64,000 bases of DNA, from the NCBI GenBank assembly GCA_964016885.1, contig OZ024743.1, positions 75,826,001 to 75,890,000 on the forward strand, written 5' to 3'. This document shows, in pieces, positions 12,001 through 21,029 of the stretch; the first letter of the stretch is position 1; the number at the start of each line of letters is the position of its first letter. The DNA is from Eledone cirrhosa (Eukaryota). The translations under genes were made by a program, and so were the position numbers. The notes under the pieces are model-generated. The model had not been told where the DNA came from. It was given only the letters and a program-made list of their open reading frames with translations, and made no database searches.

Positions 12001-12468
12001 ATCAGATACTCCCACACAATCCCAGCGTGCTTCTAAGATGCCATTCCAATCCCCTATTAACAGTAAAGGGCGAGACGTAAGCAGAAAGTTTTCCAGGCGC
12101 CTAAAGAAGTCCGGCCGACCGGCCCCAGTAGGGGCGTAGACGGCCACCAGTCTAAAGGCACCACCTTCGCTATTGCTCACGTCCAGGACCACCAACTTTC
12201 CGTCAGGATCCCGGAAGATTGACCTTACCTCGAGATCCAGACATTTCCTAAACAGCACAGCCACTCCACCTCCCATTCCCGGCCGACTAACAGATGCAAA
12301 GATCTGATAATCGTCGAAAATCGGCGCCAGTGCGCGTGTGTCGGAAATTCTGGTCTCGCTGATGGCAATTACATCCATTCCTAGTGACCTGAGGTCGTTG
12401 AGCAAGTGACCTTGCTTCCAGGGCGACCCCAGGCCACGAACATTTAAACTTCCTACTCTTATGGCCAT
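9049..12468 (-). CDS. ORF2: APE endonuclease / reverse transcriptase / C-terminal zinc finger (1139 aa)
   Basis: APE motifs (SLNVRG, SETR, VYAP, GDWN, YIDRIF, SDH), RT motifs (SPGLDG, FRPITLLN, LDQSKAFD, QGCPLS, YADD) and CPRC-x8-H-x4-C. Confidence 0.97.
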   Translation of the reverse strand: MAIRVGSLNVRGLGSPWKQGHLLNDLRSLGMDVIAISETRISDTRALAPIFDDYQIFASVSRPGMGGGVAVLFRKCLDLEVRSIFRDPDGKLVVLDVSNSEGGAFRLVAVYAPTGAGRPDFFRRLENFLLTSRPLLLIGDWNGILEARWDCVGVSDRSGGCKSLKYLISQFQLSDRYRLDFPNAPVWTWTNRIGSSRSYIDRIFIRKRDRNSVGCPHFKTVAYSDHKLVICMVDLDKTRRLGPSYWKLNMSFPARKAYRDRVNNLVKQKLTGGVVNNRWWGALKREIRATSIGFSKEVAIEKNRKEEGLIAKLDEAICSGIATDVLAARMALDHFFNAKHEGCIVRAKARALRNEGTKAARWARFAETQRGNKTTIRSLTDRDGHELSDSKQMCEAFRQHFARLFGRMGESETAADFSPYLDGLPRLSTADAERCEEPITSVEIQDALVGCSSRKSPGLDGLPYELYVNMPDLFSDLLEALYCNWQQNGSIPSSVSRGVVTLIRKDENKRDTLDNFRPITLLNTEFKILAKVLAKRLALVVKDLVGEAQTCAILTRSIHDNLHLMRYIIERVGCKPGFGGALINLDQSKAFDRVDHRYLEAVLEAAGFGPVFRSWIAAMYSGIRSVVKVNGHLSEPFQISRSVRQGCPLSSLLYVLTLEPLLRKLELLQGIPLEPGRRKAASAYADDITVMVSDTSEIEVIRTHLEEYERLTGAKLNPEKSVGLQLGTWRGKSMPSNSVVGRWTDGPVKLLGVWFGPDLQVDKNWDEVTSRIANLTQKWAERKLSLKGRAEVANAYIASVIYYRLTVVPCPRPRLANLERLLFKFLWRGRVPLVRRSICCQHPLRGGLGMPWLMMRRHALRLRHLQIFCLNGEQVWSPFVRRAFPQLISLTELQSWVKKRPRLGDWHLECCQALTALCKVGNAVSGTSTQDFYRGLVEGKCDDVLGEALGVNEVELTSMFRRTFEPGTMDNFQKSLAWQCYRGALPVRDKLYRHGSAVRRTCPRCAQSDETVLHALVQCPCIADLWGYVEQLLSRVERIRLSSESIVKIDPPPSFGQEGQAIFLCLVAVAKEVAWWTRLKGLKTDTFLFGQSLINFFKFHLERKVRVEREVLPPSTFTERWVNVARMARVSGPTLIMRL

Positions 12469-12497
12469 GCTGGCAGGATGAATGGGAGAGGAAAGGT

Positions 12498-14366
12498 TTA
12501 CTTACCTTCCGGGGTCTTGTGAAGGTCGGGTGGTTCGACCTCCATGGTTTGTGGGGTTTCTTTTGGGAACCCCTTTAATAGTCTTGACGTGGGTTTTACG
12601 TTCGGGGTTCCCACATCCCGAGGAAAGCTCTTTCGAATTTCTTTGTATGAAGCGAGCGACATTCGCATCAGAAGCAAATTATCTGGTACGCGAAATGTGC
12701 TCGCTTCAAATGTTTCCCCGTCTTTTTCGATGTTTGTGCTTCGTGCTACATGGGCCATCAATTCCTTGTTGGCCCTTCTGGCAAGCACGAAGTTTTTAAT
12801 GTTTTGTTGCTCGGGTTTTATTTGTTCGTGTGATTGTGGTGGTGATAGCTTTGTTAGTGTTGTTTCTATTGTGTCTGCGTTTGTTGTGGGTGGGGTGTCT
12901 GTAGTTTCTGATGTTTGTGTGTCTATTTGTTCTTGTGTCTGTTTAGCTTGTTTGCGTTTGGGGGATTTTGGTGGTTGTGTTGGTGATGCTGTGGGGAAAA
13001 TGTTTGTGTGGGTGGTGTGTGTATTTTCTTTTGTGGGGGTGTTTGTGCTTTGTGGATTTCTTTTTTTTTTGTGTTTTGTTTTTTGTATTTTGGGGGACTT
13101 TGGTTTTCCCTCATCTTCACTGCTGGAGGATGAGGGGTCTGTGGCTGTGAGCGTGTTTGTGTCTGAGTGAGTGTTTATGTTCTTGTTCGTGTGTGTATTT
13201 TGGGGGGGAGGGGGAATGGGAGAGCTTTCCTCGTTTCCCCCCTGGGTGTGCAATTTTGGTGGTTCCATTGTTGACGGTGTTGCTGGTGGTCCTTGTCCCG
13301 GCGTCGCCAGCAGTGGAATCTTTCGACCCCTTGCGCTTTTCGGCAGTTGAGGGCAGAAGGCTCGCAAGTGTGTCGTTTCCCCACAAAGGAAACAATGCGG
13401 CCTTTTGCCCTCAGTCATTATATGCAACACCCTCCCGTTTTGGAGGCGGATGTGGTCCGGGATTGTTTTTACGTTTTCGGGTCTGATTTGGAGCAGTATC
13501 TCCAGATCAACCCCGGACCAGTCGTCCCTGGCAGTTCTCGTTGCCTCTACCGGGACTGTATCCGTTCCTTCCACGATTACGCAACCCAGGAGCCACCACA
13601 TATCAAGTCCTGGTGGAATCCTGGGAATGCGCACACGTGCTATTCGTTTTCCCATGTGGGAGGGGTACATTATGACCTTGCTGGTTTTGCAAGGGGTCAT
13701 TGAATGCTTCACAGCGAGGGCTTCAGACTTGAACAGCACCGAAACGGTGCCGTATTGCCTGCCCCTCTCTATGAAGTCTGTGTCCTCTCTGATGTATTTC
13801 AGTGCGGCTTCTATGTCAGCTTGGGCGATTATCGCTGCCCTCTTTGTCTCTACTGAGATGCATCTGAAATGCACCGTTCTTTTTTCCACTGCCTCAATGG
13901 CTTCTGCCGGGACAGTTAAGTTTGCCCAGGTCTGCTCTTGATTTATGATTTTCCAGGCCTGGGCCAACTTTTCCTCTCTGTTGGTTAAGTCGATGCTGTA
14001 GCATGGTCTCCTTTTAGCCGCTGCCACAGCAGCGAAGGTGTTCTTGTTGGTGTTGTCACTGTTGTTGTTCTTGTTGGTGTTGCTGCTGCTATTGCTGTTG
14101 TTGTTCTCCCCTGTGTCGTGGTTACCTTCTGTGCTGTTGGCCTTGTTGGTGCTGCTGCTGTCGCTACTATTACTCTCTGTGCTGTTCGGCTTGTTGGTGT
14201 TGGTGTTGTCGCTGTTACCACCTTCCGCGCCGCTCGGCCCGTTGGTGCTGGCACTGTCGCTGCTCACATTCGTGCTGGTGGCGCTCCTCGCCTCACCTCT
14301 CCTCTCAACGCTCAAGTCGCCGTTGCACGACAGCAGACCCGCCTCTAGGGGGCGTGGCTCCGCCAT
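12498..14366 (-). CDS. ORF1: gag-like nucleic-acid-binding protein with CCHC zinc knuckle (622 aa)
   Basis: CFLCGETTHLRAFC (C-x2-C-x4-H-x4-C) with low-complexity N/S/T- and P/K/T-rich flanks. It ends 29 nt upstream of ORF2. Confidence 0.92.
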   Translation of the reverse strand: MAEPRPLEAGLLSCNGDLSVERRGEARSATSTNVSSDSASTNGPSGAEGGNSDNTNTNKPNSTESNSSDSSSTNKANSTEGNHDTGENNNSNSSSNTNKNNNSDNTNKNTFAAVAAAKRRPCYSIDLTNREEKLAQAWKIINQEQTWANLTVPAEAIEAVEKRTVHFRCISVETKRAAIIAQADIEAALKYIREDTDFIERGRQYGTVSVLFKSEALAVKHSMTPCKTSKVIMYPSHMGKRIARVRIPRIPPGLDMWWLLGCVIVEGTDTVPVEATRTARDDWSGVDLEILLQIRPENVKTIPDHIRLQNGRVLHIMTEGKRPHCFLCGETTHLRAFCPQLPKSARGRKIPLLATPGQGPPATPSTMEPPKLHTQGGNEESSPIPPPPQNTHTNKNINTHSDTNTLTATDPSSSSSEDEGKPKSPKIQKTKHKKKRNPQSTNTPTKENTHTTHTNIFPTASPTQPPKSPKRKQAKQTQEQIDTQTSETTDTPPTTNADTIETTLTKLSPPQSHEQIKPEQQNIKNFVLARRANKELMAHVARSTNIEKDGETFEASTFRVPDNLLLMRMSLASYKEIRKSFPRDVGTPNVKPTSRLLKGFPKETPQTMEVEPPDLHKTPEGK

Positions 14367-14410
14367 GTTTTTTTGAGAAAAAAATTATTATTTTTTTCAA
14401 AATAAAGTTC

Positions 14411-14438
14411 AAATATTTGGGCCAAAAGGCCCAAATAT
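14411..14438. promoter_or_regulatory. Perfect 12-bp-stem hairpin in the element 5'UTR
   Basis: AATATTTGGGCC-AAAA-GGCCCAAATATT, identical in copy 2 (~20257-20284). Function unknown. Confidence 0.5.
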
Positions 14439-14849
14439 TATGAGTTATTCCTTCACAGGATACAAATTAATGTCTTATAATGCTTCAGCGGTACAAAAAA
14501 TAAACAATTCTCTACAATTAATCCTCAAAAATTGCTTACTCACGGAGCTTCAAAAAACGTACATCCACTTTCGTCAATAATAATAATAATGATTTCATTT
14601 ATTGGCCACAAGGGCCGACATATAGGGGACAACACAATAGACAGGGACAGTGGGGGTTTACATAGAGATCGAGTAAGTATAAATAACAAAAAAACAAAAA
14701 CAAAATAACAATAAAAATACAACAATGAAAGTTCCCCAATAAGAGGGATCACCACCCAGGGTTGACTCAAGCACCCCACCAGTCCTGAGTCACCCGACGC
14801 TCCTAGGGCACCCGGGAAGGGCACCCCTCTCCTTCTCGAATTCACCAGC

Positions 14850-17800
14850 CTACAGGCGCATGATCAGAGTAGGCCCACTCACGCGGGCCATTCTCGCCAC
14901 ATTCACCCACCTTTCAGTAAATGTACTGGGGGGCAGCACTTCTCTCTCCACCCTCACCTTCCTTTCCAAGTGAAACTTGAAGAAGTTGATGAGGGATTGG
15001 CCGAAGAGAAAAGTGTCTGTCTTCAGTCCTTTCAACCTGGTCCACCATGCAACCTCTTTCGCTACTGCCACCAGGCAGAGGAAAATTGCCTGCCCTTCCT
15101 GACCAAAAGAAGGCGGCGGGTCAATCTTCACTATGGACTCGGACGATAGCCGGATCCGTTCTACACGCGACAATAGCTGTTCGACATAACCCCACAAGTC
15201 AGCAATGCACGGACACTGGACGAGTGCGTGCAGAACGGTTTCGTCGCTCTGCGCGCATCTCGGGCAGGTTCGTCTGACAGCACTTCCGTGCCTGTAGAGT
15301 TTATCCCGAACCGGCAGCGCCCCCCGGTAGCACTGCCAAGCGAGGGATTTCTGGAAGTTATCCATCGTCCCCGGCTCGAAAGTCCTCCGGAACATACTGG
15401 TCAGTTCTACTTCGTTGACGCCCAGAGCCTCTCCTAGTACGTCATCGCACTTGCCCTCCACTAATCCTCTATAGAAATCTTGAGTGGAAGTTCCACTGAC
15501 CGCATTGCCCACCTTGCAGAGTGCAGTGAGCGCCTGGCAACATTCCAGATGCCAGTCGCCCAGTCTCGGTCTCTTCTTGACCCAGGACTGCAGCTCAGTC
15601 AAAGAGATGAGCTGCGGAAAGGCCCGTCTAACAAACGGCGACCACACCTGTTCACCGTTTAGGCAAAATATCTGGAGATGTCGCAGCCTCAGCGCATGTC
15701 TGCGCATCATTAGCCACGGCATGCCCAGCCCTCCACGAAGAGGGTGCTGGCAGCAGATGGACCGCCTCACCAACGGGACCCGTCCCCTCCACAAAAATTT
15801 GAAAAGGAGCCGTTCCAAATTGGCGAGGCGTGGACGGGGGCAAGGCACGACGGTCAGGCGGTAGTAGATGACGGACGCGATGTACGCGTTCGCCACCTCC
15901 GCCCGCCCTTTCAGTGATAGCTTTCTCTCAGCCCATTTCTGGGTGAGGTTGGCTATCCTGCTCGTCACCTCGTCCCAATTCTTATCCACCTGGAGGTCTG
16001 GTCCGAACCAAACCCCGAGCAACTTTACCGGTCCGTCTGTCCAGCGCCCAACGACGCTGTTGGACGGCATGGACTTGCCTCTCCAGGTGCCGAGCTGCAA
16101 GCCCACCGACTTTTCCGGGTTAAGTTTTGCTCCCGTCAACCTTTCATATTCCTCCAAATGGGTGCGGATCACCTCGATTTCCGAGGTGTCCGACACCATC
16201 ACGGTGATGTCGTCCGCATAAGCGGACGCAGCCTTTCTACGTCCCGGTTCGAGCGGGATGCCCTGCAACAACTCCAGCTTCCGCAGTAGAGGCTCAAGAG
16301 TCAATACGTACAGAAGTGAGGAGAGAGGGCACCCTTGACGGACCGATCGAGAGATCTGAAACGGTTCCGAGAGGTGGCCATTAACTTTGACCACCGAGCG
16401 GATGCCGCTGTACATTGCAGCGATCCAGCTTCTGAAGACGGGGCCGAAGCCAGCCGCCTCGAGGACAGCCTCCAAGTACCGATGGTCGACCCTATCGAAT
16501 GCTTTCGATTGATCTAAATTGATCAGAGCCCCACCGAAGCCAGGTTTGCACCCAACCCTCTCTATGATGTATCGCATGAGGTGGAGGTTGTCGTGTATGG
16601 ACCTGGTCGGGATTGCGCAAGTTTGCGCCTCCCCAACCAAATCTTTGACGACAAGCGCCAACCTTTTCGCTAACACCTTGGCCAAAATCTTAAACTCTGT
16701 GTTGAGCAGGGTTATGGGCCTGAAATTATCTAGTGTGTCCCTCTTGTTCTCGTCTTTCCTTATCAGCGTCACTACGCCACGGCTCACAGAACTGGGAATG
16801 CTCCCGTTCTGCTGCCAGTTGCAGTAGAGCGCTTCGAGGAGATCGGAGAACAAGTCTGGCATATTTACGTAAAGCTCGTAGGGCAGACCATCCAAACCGG
16901 GTGACTTGCGACTCGAGCAGCCGACAAGGGCGTCCTGAATTTCGGCTGATGTTATCGGCTCTTCGCAGCGCTCAGCGTCGGCCGTCGAGAGGCGTGGCAA
17001 GCCGTCGAGGTAGGGACTGAAGTCCGCCGCCGTCTCCGACTCACCCATCCTCCCGAACAATCGAGCAAAGTGCTGGCGAAAGGCCTCACACATCTGCTTG
17101 GAATCGCTCAGTTCGTGTCCATCTCGATCCGTCAAAGACCGAATTGTGGTTTTATTTCCACGCTGCGTCTCTGCAAAGCGAGCCCATCGGGCAGCTTTGC
17201 TTCCCTCGTTCCTCAGAGCACGCGCCTTAGCTCTGACAATGCAACCTTCGTGTTTCGCATTGAAGAAATGGTCTAGTGCCATTCTCGCCGCTAGCACGTC
17301 TGTTGCAATGCCACTACAAATAGCCTCGTCTAACTTAGCTATCAGCCCCTCCTCCTTTCTATTTTTCTCTATTGCTACTTCTTTGCTAAATCCTATCGAG
17401 GTTGCTCTAATCTCTCTTTTGAGTGCCCCCCACCACCTGTTGTTGACAACCCCCCCTGTCAACTTTTGCTTAACTAAGTTGTTGACCCGGTCCCTGTAAG
17501 CTTTACGTGCCGGAAACGACATGTTTAGCTTCCAGTAGCTGGGTCGTAACCTACGTGTCTTATCTAGGTCGACCATACAGATCACAAGCTTGTGATCTGA
17601 ATAGGCAACCGTTTTAAAATGTGGACATCCTACACTATTTCTATCTCTTTTCCTAATGAAAATCCTATCTATGTACGATCTAGATGACCCTATGCGATTG
17701 GTCCAGGTCCATACTGGCGCATTAGGGAAATCTAGTCGGTACCTGTCAGACAGTTGAAACTGGCTGATCAGGTACTTGAGGCTTTTGCACCCCCCGCTCC

Positions 17801-18269
17801 TATCAGATACTCCCACACAATCCCAGCGTGCTTCTAAGATGCCATTCCAATCCCCTATTAACAGTAAAGGGCGAGACGTAAGCAGAAAGTTTTCCAGGCG
17901 CCTAAAGAAGTCCGGCCGACCGGCCCCAGTAGGGGCGTAGACGGCCACCAGTCTAAAGGCACCACCTTCGCTATTGCTCACGTCCAGGACCACCAACTTT
18001 CCGTCAGGATCCCGGAAGATTGACCTTACCTCGAGATCCAGACATTTCCTAAACAGCACAGCCACTCCACCTCCCATTCCCGGCCGACTAACAGATGCAA
18101 AGATCTGATAATCGTCGAAAATCGGCGCCAGTGCGCGTGTGTCGGAAATTCTGGTCTCGCTGATGGCAATTACATCCATTCCTAGTGACCTGAGGTCGTT
18201 GAGCAAGTGACCTTGCTTCCAGGGCGACCCCAGGCCACGAACATTTAAACTTCCTACTCTTATGGCCAT
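14850..18269 (-). CDS. ORF2: APE endonuclease / reverse transcriptase / zinc finger (1139 aa)
   Basis: Same motifs as copy 1. Four residue differences are visible (LGPS/LRPS, EGTK/EGSK, TSVE/TSAE, AILT/AIPT). Confidence 0.97.
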   Translation of the reverse strand: MAIRVGSLNVRGLGSPWKQGHLLNDLRSLGMDVIAISETRISDTRALAPIFDDYQIFASVSRPGMGGGVAVLFRKCLDLEVRSIFRDPDGKLVVLDVSNSEGGAFRLVAVYAPTGAGRPDFFRRLENFLLTSRPLLLIGDWNGILEARWDCVGVSDRSGGCKSLKYLISQFQLSDRYRLDFPNAPVWTWTNRIGSSRSYIDRIFIRKRDRNSVGCPHFKTVAYSDHKLVICMVDLDKTRRLRPSYWKLNMSFPARKAYRDRVNNLVKQKLTGGVVNNRWWGALKREIRATSIGFSKEVAIEKNRKEEGLIAKLDEAICSGIATDVLAARMALDHFFNAKHEGCIVRAKARALRNEGSKAARWARFAETQRGNKTTIRSLTDRDGHELSDSKQMCEAFRQHFARLFGRMGESETAADFSPYLDGLPRLSTADAERCEEPITSAEIQDALVGCSSRKSPGLDGLPYELYVNMPDLFSDLLEALYCNWQQNGSIPSSVSRGVVTLIRKDENKRDTLDNFRPITLLNTEFKILAKVLAKRLALVVKDLVGEAQTCAIPTRSIHDNLHLMRYIIERVGCKPGFGGALINLDQSKAFDRVDHRYLEAVLEAAGFGPVFRSWIAAMYSGIRSVVKVNGHLSEPFQISRSVRQGCPLSSLLYVLTLEPLLRKLELLQGIPLEPGRRKAASAYADDITVMVSDTSEIEVIRTHLEEYERLTGAKLNPEKSVGLQLGTWRGKSMPSNSVVGRWTDGPVKLLGVWFGPDLQVDKNWDEVTSRIANLTQKWAERKLSLKGRAEVANAYIASVIYYRLTVVPCPRPRLANLERLLFKFLWRGRVPLVRRSICCQHPLRGGLGMPWLMMRRHALRLRHLQIFCLNGEQVWSPFVRRAFPQLISLTELQSWVKKRPRLGDWHLECCQALTALCKVGNAVSGTSTQDFYRGLVEGKCDDVLGEALGVNEVELTSMFRRTFEPGTMDNFQKSLAWQCYRGALPVRDKLYRHGSAVRRTCPRCAQSDETVLHALVQCPCIADLWGYVEQLLSRVERIRLSSESIVKIDPPPSFGQEGQAIFLCLVAVAKEVAWWTRLKGLKTDTFLFGQSLINFFKFHLERKVRVEREVLPPSTFTERWVNVARMARVSGPTLIMRL

Positions 18270-18298
18270 GCTGGCAGGATGAATGGGAGAGGAAAGGT

Positions 18299-20209
18299 TT
18301 ACTTACCTTCCGGGGTCTTGTGAAGGTCGGGTGGTTCGACCTCCATGGTTTGTGGGGTTTCTTTTGGGAACCCCTTTAATAGTCTTGACGTGGGTTTTAC
18401 GTTCGGGGTTCCCACATCCCGAGGAAAGCTCTTTCGAATTTCTTTGTATGAAGCGAGCGACATTCGCATCAGAAGCAAATTATCTGGTACGCGAAATGTG
18501 CTCGCTTCAAATGTTTCCCCGTCTTTTTCGATGTTTGTGCTTCGTGCTACATGGGCCATCAATTCCTTGTTGGCCCTTCTGGCAAGCACGAAGTTTTTAA
18601 TGTTTTGTTGCTCGGGTTTTATTTGTTCGTGTGATTGTGGTGGTGATAGCTTTGTTAGTGTTGTTTCTATTGTGTCTGCGTTTGTTGTGGGTGGGGTGTC
18701 TGTAGTTTCTGATGTTTGTGTGTCTATTTGTTCTTGTGTCTGTTTAGCTTGTTTGCGTTTGGGGGATTTTGGTGGTTGTGTTGGTGATGCTGTGGGGAAA
18801 ATGTTTGTGTGGGTGGTGTGTGTATTTTTTTTTGTGGGGGTGTTTGTGCTTTGTGGATTTCTTTTTTTTTTGTGTTTTGTTTTTTGTATTTTGGGGGACT
18901 TTGGTTTTCCCTCATCTTCACTGCTGGAGGATGAGGGGTCTGTGGCTGTGAGCGTGTTTGTGTCTGAGTGAGTGTTTATGTTCTTGTTCGTGTGTGTATT
19001 TTGGGGGGGAGGGGGAATGGGAGAGCTTTCCTCGTTTCCCCCCTGGGTGTGCAATTTTGGTGGTTCCATTGTTGACGGTGTTGCTGGTGGTCCTTGTCCC
19101 GGCGTCGCCAGCAGTGGAATCTTTCGACCCCTTGCGCTTTTCGGCAGTTGAGGGCAGAAGGCTCGCAAGTGTGTCGTTTCCCCACAAAGGAAACAATGCG
19201 GCCTTTTGCCCTCAGTCATTATATGCAACACCCTCCCGTTTTGGAGGCGGATGTGGTCCGGGATTGTTTTTACGTTTTCGGGTCTGATTTGGAGCAGTAT
19301 CTCCAGATCAACCCCGGACCAGTCGTCCCTGGCAGTTCTCGTTGCCTCTACCGGGACTGTATCCGTTCCTTCCACGATTACGCAACCCAGGAGCCACCAC
19401 ATATCAAGTCCTGGTGGAATCCTGGGAATGCGCACACGTGCTATTCGTTTTCCCATGTGGGAGGGGTACATTATGACCTTGCTGGTTTTGCAAGGGGTCA
19501 TTGAATGCTTCACAGCGAGGGCTTCAGACTTGAACAGCACCGAAACGGTGCCGTATTGCCTGCCCCTCTCTATGAAGTCTGTGTCCTCTCTGATGTATTT
19601 CAGTGCGGCTTCTATGTCAGCTTGGGCGATTATCGCTGCCCTCTTTGTCTCTACTGAGATGCATCTGAAATGCACCGTTCTTTTTTCCACTGCCTCAATG
19701 GCTTCTGCCGGGACAGTTAAGTTTGCCCAGGTCTGCTCTTGATTTATGATTTTCCAGGCCTGGGCCAACTTTTCCTCTCTGTTGGTTAAGTCGATGCTGT
19801 AGCATGGTCTCCTTTTAGCCGCTGCCACAGCAGCGAAAGTGTTCTTGTTGGTGTTGTCACTGTTGTTGTTCTTGTTGGTGTTGCTGCTGCTATTGCTGTT
19901 GTTGTTCTCCCCTGTGTCGTGGTTACCTTCTGTGCTGTTGGCCTTGTTGGTGCTGCTGCTGTCGCTACTATTACTCTCTGTGCTGTTCGTTTTGTTGGTG
20001 CTCTCGCTATTACCACCTTCTGCGCTGTTCGGCTTGTTGGTGTTGGTGTTGTCGCTGTTACCACCTTCCGCGCCGCTCGGCCCGTTGGTGCTGGCACTGT
20101 CGCTGCTCACATTCGTGCTGGTGGCGCTCCTCGCCTCACCTCTCCTCTCAACGCTCAAGTCGCCGTTGCACGACAGCAGACCCGCCTCTAGGGGGCGTGG
20201 CTCCGCCAT
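18299..20209 (-). CDS. ORF1: gag-like CCHC protein (about 636 aa from MAEPRP)
   Basis: Start set by homology with copy 1. It carries a 14-aa insertion, AEGGNSESTNKTNS. Confidence 0.9.
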   Translation of the reverse strand: MAEPRPLEAGLLSCNGDLSVERRGEARSATSTNVSSDSASTNGPSGAEGGNSDNTNTNKPNSAEGGNSESTNKTNSTESNSSDSSSTNKANSTEGNHDTGENNNSNSSSNTNKNNNSDNTNKNTFAAVAAAKRRPCYSIDLTNREEKLAQAWKIINQEQTWANLTVPAEAIEAVEKRTVHFRCISVETKRAAIIAQADIEAALKYIREDTDFIERGRQYGTVSVLFKSEALAVKHSMTPCKTSKVIMYPSHMGKRIARVRIPRIPPGLDMWWLLGCVIVEGTDTVPVEATRTARDDWSGVDLEILLQIRPENVKTIPDHIRLQNGRVLHIMTEGKRPHCFLCGETTHLRAFCPQLPKSARGRKIPLLATPGQGPPATPSTMEPPKLHTQGGNEESSPIPPPPQNTHTNKNINTHSDTNTLTATDPSSSSSEDEGKPKSPKIQKTKHKKKRNPQSTNTPTKKNTHTTHTNIFPTASPTQPPKSPKRKQAKQTQEQIDTQTSETTDTPPTTNADTIETTLTKLSPPQSHEQIKPEQQNIKNFVLARRANKELMAHVARSTNIEKDGETFEASTFRVPDNLLLMRMSLASYKEIRKSFPRDVGTPNVKPTSRLLKGFPKETPQTMEVEPPDLHKTPEGK

Positions 20210-20445
20210 GTTTTTTTGAGAAAAAAAATTATTATTTTTTTTCAAAATAAAGTTCAAATATTTGGGCCAAAAGGCCCAAATATTATGAGTTATTCCTTCA
20301 CAGGATACAAATTAATGTCTTATAATGCTTCAGCGGTACAAAAAAAAAAAAACAATTCTCTACAATTAATCCTCAAAAAATTGCTTACTCACGGAGCTTC
20401 AAAAAACGTACATCCACTTTCGTCAATAATAATAATAATAATAAT

Positions 20446-20571
20446 GATTTCTTTATTAACCACAAGAGTTTACATAAAGTAGACATTAAGGACAGTACAG
20501 GACAATACAGGACGGTACAAATGGACATTTCTGCGTGTAAAAGAAAACAGAGGATGTAATAAAAAAATAAC
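20446..20571 (-). mobile_element. 126-bp 3'-terminal remnant of a related, diverged element
   Basis: 3' end AACTCTTGTGGTTAATAAAGAAATC versus GGCCCTTGTGGCCAATAAATGAAATC in the full copies. Flanks are (AAT)7 and (AAT)5. Confidence 0.75.
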
Positions 20572-20810
<239 letters not shown>

Positions 20811-20917
20811 ATATATGTGTGCGTGTGCGTGTGTTGTGTGTGTGTTTGTGTGTGTGTATGTGTGTTTGTATGTTATATTTATATATATACATATATGTAC
20901 ATACATACATGCATACA

Positions 20918-21018
20918 TGGTTAACTTTGCCTTTCATCCTTACGCGGTCGATAAAATAAAGTACCAGTAATACACTGGAATAATTTGCTGGCCTTGTGCC
21001 AAAAGTAGAAACTATTAC
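20918..21018 (+). mobile_element. 5'-truncated family-B SINE
   Basis: Near-identical to 6835-6933. Confidence 0.8.
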
Positions 21019-21029
21019 TCAGCAGATTA

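Larger units (their letters stand above)
8796..14575 (-). mobile_element. Full-length L1/Tx1-clade non-LTR retrotransposon, copy 1 (5780 bp)
   Basis: Two intact ORFs. The 5' end is GACGAAAGTGG and the 3' end is AATAAATGAAATC. (AAT)5 flanks both sides (8781-8795, 14576-14590). Confidence 0.95.
14591..20424 (-). mobile_element. Full-length L1/Tx1-clade non-LTR retrotransposon, copy 2 (5834 bp)
   Basis: Nearly identical to copy 1. It has an extra 42 bp in ORF1, small UTR indels and scattered substitutions. Flanks are (AAT)5 and (AAT)7. Confidence 0.95.

Noticed and set aside
14480-14575. Hammerhead or HDV ribozyme at the Tx1 5' end (GACGAAAG...CTGAAG)
   Set aside because: The core CUGANGA and the required stems cannot be assembled.
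9246-20219. Antisense and alternate-frame ORFs inside the retrotransposons
   Set aside because: They have no motifs and are shadows of ORF1/ORF2. They recur only because the two copies are near-identical.
20210-20257. 16-aa N-terminal extension of ORF1 in copy 2
   Set aside because: It uses a non-ATG start and depends on a homopolymer length difference that copy 1 lacks.
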